A stretch of 44,904 nt of DNA from Methanobacteriota archaeon. Lineage in GTDB: Archaea; Thermoplasmatota; Poseidoniia; Poseidoniales; Poseidoniaceae. This document shows positions 42,514-44,904 of this stretch, in pieces. The translations under genes and the position numbers were made by a program. Numbering within the stretch: position 1 is the stretch's first letter; every line of letters starts with the position of its first letter. The stretch spans positions 1 through 44,904 of the forward strand of contig WTIA01000044.1 in the NCBI GenBank assembly GCA_011522915.1, read 5' to 3'. The notes beneath the pieces were generated by a model. That model saw nothing but the letters and a program-made list of their open reading frames with translations, was not told the DNA's origin and searched no databases.

Positions 42514-43202
42514 GGTTGCCAATCGGCTTGTCCTGGCTCCCTGTACCACCAGTAACCGTCGTCGTCTTTCCACCACTCAACTCCGTCATCGTCAGTGTAG
42601 TAGTTTTCATCCTCTTCTTCATCCTCGGCAGTAGGGTCGTCAAACCCACCATCTTGAGCCATCTGTTTCTTCAGTTGATTGATACCTTCATCAACATCTG
42701 CGAAAACTCTGTTTTGAGTTCTGATTTCTGCTTGATGGTCGCCTGCTGCAATCGCATCATCTGAATCAGCGTAGAAATCTGCAGCCATGCTTTTTCTGAA
42801 TTCTTCGAACTCATCACGACCGAAAGACCCTGTGAATTCATCTCCCTGGGACTTCATTAAATCATCCAGATTTTTGCGTTTACCTAGTTTCAATTCTGGA
42901 GAATCAGGCATATCTCCATCATCGTAAAACGCATCGCTGTCATCCGTTAGTTTTGGGAATGAGCGACCTTCAGGATCTGCTTCTTCAATTGCTTCGATTA
43001 CCAAATCGTGCTCTTCCTCGTCGATGTTACCTTCTTCATATTGTTCAGTAACTGTCTTGACTAACTTCCTCAAAGTCTTAGCAAGAGCACGGTCACTACC
43101 CGCTTCGCTAACGACTTTGTCAACTTGCTTTAGCAAGCGTTCGTATGGACTTCCTGTAATGGCACCGAAGATTCTTCCGAATCCGCCCTTCTTCTTCGCC
43201 AT
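42504..43202 (-). CDS. Acidic cytosolic protein with a C-terminal WW-like Trp motif, unknown function
   Basis: 232 codons with an ATG start. Basic N-terminus MAKKKGGFGRIFG and a helical acidic body. C-terminus is YTDDDGVEWWKDDDGYWWYREPGQADWQPHE. Confidence 0.65.
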   Translation of the reverse strand: MAKKKGGFGRIFGAITGSPYERLLKQVDKVVSEAGSDRALAKTLRKLVKTVTEQYEEGNIDEEEHDLVIEAIEEADPEGRSFPKLTDDSDAFYDDGDMPDSPELKLGKRKNLDDLMKSQGDEFTGSFGRDEFEEFRKSMAADFYADSDDAIAAGDHQAEIRTQNRVFADVDEGINQLKKQMAQDGGFDDPTAEDEEEDENYYTDDDGVEWWKDDDGYWWYREPGQADWQPHE

Positions 43203-43294
43203 GATGAGTTTGTGTTAGTAGTGGTTTTTCAAGGATTTGCCGCCAAGGCTCAATTTTGCGACTTATTCATGACTAAGTTCCTATTCGCCGTATC

Positions 43295-43987
43295 ATGGTG
43301 AGCGACTGGTTGGCGGATGCAGTCGCGATTTACAACGACGAATCCCACAATCGACGCGATGAATATGTCGCTCAGGTACATTTTCCAGCTAGGATTTTAG
43401 AAGATATTCTCGGTTGGGCTTTGAAAGCATTACCAGATGAAATTCTAGTTGGTCTTGACGTATCTATGGATAGAAATCTGCCTGAAGTTGAAGTTGAATT
43501 TGAAGGAACTAACCAGAAAAAAAATCTGTTTGCAGGACAAGGTTATAGAATTCATGAAGCGAAGATGGTAAATCGCGGAGATTCGTTTTCAGTACACCAT
43601 TTGCCAGAAGAATGGACCGACGAAGTTTTTGGTAGCGATAGAGGTCCTAGAGCCGGGCGATTTACCCACTGGTTGCACACTCACCCAAACTGCCCAGCAA
43701 TACCATCTCATGCCGATGCTGACGCCGCACAATCAACCGATGGAGTAGACCTAATCCTGGGGATTGAATTCTCTCCAGAAGGACCTCTGCCATGGTTTGA
43801 CGATATCGAAGGTGAGAGGCGTGTAATTGGTGAAAAGAAATCATGGTTCTCGAGAAAAGACAAGCGTCAAGTCCTAGGTGTTGCGCCAACAGGACACAGA
43901 ATTCATTCCCTCGAATTAATCGCATTCCATAAAGCAGGACTTGGAGTAAACGTTGTATTCGTCAATGATGACGGTATTGCTTACTGA
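43295..43987 (+). CDS. JAMM/MPN+ family metalloprotease (long form)
   Basis: Complete JAMM motif: candidate Glu in LPDEILVGLDV, then HTH-PNCPAIP-S-HA-D (HxH-x7-S-x2-D). Confidence 0.7.
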   Translation: MVSDWLADAVAIYNDESHNRRDEYVAQVHFPARILEDILGWALKALPDEILVGLDVSMDRNLPEVEVEFEGTNQKKNLFAGQGYRIHEAKMVNRGDSFSVHHLPEEWTDEVFGSDRGPRAGRFTHWLHTHPNCPAIPSHADADAAQSTDGVDLILGIEFSPEGPLPWFDDIEGERRVIGEKKSWFSRKDKRQVLGVAPTGHRIHSLELIAFHKAGLGVNVVFVNDDGIAY

Positions 43988-44427
43988 CATGTAGTTTCAA
44001 AGTCGTAGGATTTCAAGAAAGACTCCAAGTCATCCAACCTGTCTGCATTAACTCCGAAATCAGAACCTCCCAACCTCGATTGGCTGTTGACCTCAATGTA
44101 TCCACACCTATTCTCGTAAGTCACGTCATCAGGAAATTGCATCAATAGGGTCCTATCAACGATGTGTCCCTCGCTGAAAGTGGCAGTGAAAGCCCTTGTT
44201 CCGACCCATTCCTCCATCGCTTTGTGAAGTTCTTCATCACTGACATCGACCATGATTTGGCGATGGTCGCAATTTCCAGAGTTTTCAGGACATGCTTCTG
44301 GCATAGTTTCTGTAGCAAGTGGAACCGATAGCACATTCATCACGACCAGCCCCACAATGTAGAGGGCTGGTGCCCAGATCCAAGCGCGGCTTGCCAAAGA
44401 ATCACCGGCGTTGCCAGCCACCATCAT
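43981..44427 (-). CDS. DUF1499-like protein with an N-terminal membrane anchor
   Basis: [16 protein letters not shown] and [25 protein letters not shown] resemble the DUF1499 signature (RS.SR.G.SD.G.N..R). TM helix [18 protein letters not shown]. Confidence 0.5.
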   Translation of the reverse strand: MMVAGNAGDSLASRAWIWAPALYIVGLVVMNVLSVPLATETMPEACPENSGNCDHRQIMVDVSDEELHKAMEEWVGTRAFTATFSEGHIVDRTLLMQFPDDVTYENRCGYIEVNSQSRLGGSDFGVNADRLDDLESFLKSYDFETTCQ

Positions 44428-44904
44428 TCCATTCGTAAACGATAGGTTGGCCGGTAGGAATTTCTAATTTCAGGATTTCTTCTTTGGATAATTCTTCGAT
44501 GCTCATAACCACTGAGCGAAGACTGTTTCCATGAGCTGCTACAAACACGTTTTTCCCTTCTTCTAATGACGGAATAATTTGTGATTGCAAATAAGGTATT
44601 GTTCGCGCCGCAGTGAGTTCTAGAGACTCACCATTCGGCGGTGGAACGTCATAAGAACGCCTCCAAATGTGTACTTGCTCATCGCCGTACTTGTCTCTAG
44701 TTTCCTGTTTGTCAAGACCTTGTAAGTCTCCATACATTCGCTCGTTCAATTGCCAGGAGACGTGTACAGGAATTGTATTCTCACCAGAATCATTTGATTG
44801 AGCCCATTCGACCATACGGGATTCGTTTTCGCTCATAGAATCTCCAGATTCAGGGTATTGGAAAATAGGAGTTTTTCCAGAATCGTGCTGCGCTAAAGCG
44901 AGCA
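44402..44904 (-). CDS. gpmA: 2,3-bisphosphoglycerate-dependent phosphoglycerate mutase, 5'-truncated by the window edge
   Basis: [41 protein letters not shown] and [12 protein letters not shown] are dPGM signatures. The frame stays open to position 44904, and the RHGES catalytic motif must lie beyond the window. The Met at 44836 is internal. Confidence 0.85.
   Translation of the reverse strand, partial: LALAQHDSGKTPIFQYPESGDSMSENESRMVEWAQSNDSGENTIPVHVSWQLNERMYGDLQGLDKQETRDKYGDEQVHIWRRSYDVPPPNGESLELTAARTIPYLQSQIIPSLEEGKNVFVAAHGNSLRSVVMSIEELSKEEILKLEIPTGQPIVYEWNDGGWQRR

Overview
This is a densely packed window of about 32 protein genes plus one tRNA-Phe, with no rRNA, CRISPR array, transposase or integrase. 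I read it as a chromosomal segment of an uncultured marine planktonic archaeon, possibly Marine Group II / Poseidoniales-like. That placement is inferred from the content and could not be checked by any search. The content behind it is a TYW2/Taw2-type wybutosine enzyme, a tandem pair of stand-alone Lrp/AsnC RAM-domain proteins, GGAGGTGA-type ribosome-binding sites, an exopeptidase-rich gene set, acidic proteins and extreme gene compaction.

Housekeeping genes I recognise from motifs:
- mogA, pyrC, M32 carboxypeptidase, M29-like aminopeptidase and thiamine pyrophosphokinase.
- GT4 and GT2 glycosyltransferases, uvrC, Taw2/TYW2 and a membrane-anchored cyclophilin.
- S15 X-Pro dipeptidyl peptidase, an orphan receiver domain, a JAMM/MPN+ metalloprotease, a DUF1499-like protein and a 5'-truncated gpmA.

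About half of the coding capacity (roughly 7,200 codons) goes to secreted or membrane proteins. Seven of the eight share one topology: N-terminal signal peptide, large ectodomain, single C-terminal TM helix and an acidic cytoplasmic tail.
- A 2108-aa integrin-like giant with seven FG-GAP blades and about 20 thrombospondin type-3 Ca-binding repeats.
- An 816-aa PPC + TSP3 protein.
- A 1521-aa parallel-beta-helix + PKD-like protein.
- 1040-, 747- and 421-aa proteins without recognisable domains.

The most interesting candidate system is the cytoplasmic side of these receptors. All of its functional links are inference.
- The giant carries a 215-aa tail made of poly-Asp, a period-4 RGPx(Pro/Arg/Gly) repeat region with RxxPxxP matches, and a small C-terminal domain.
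- The gene immediately downstream on the same strand encodes a cytosolic protein of very eukaryote-like composition: a PPLP/PLPSTEP linker, (EP)14, two canonical EF-hands, four polyQ runs spaced by AWLA, and a zinc ribbon.
- Two other proteins end in a shared WW-like Trp motif: the cytoplasmic tail of the 421-aa surface protein and a 232-aa acidic cytosolic protein.
- A GDFD[FL] motif recurs in three cytoplasmic regions.

Together these suggest a proline-motif/WW-like, Ca-responsive adaptor network beneath the adhesins.

Other signals:
- GC-rich perfect hairpins or palindromes sit on or next to the start codons of membrane-protein genes.
- All nine convergent gene junctions have zero or negative spacing.
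- A wHTH-STAND ATPase abuts the RAM-domain pair.
- The peptidase and receiver genes are coupled by an ATGA overlap.

All domain calls come from reading motifs by eye. No HMM or BLAST search was possible.
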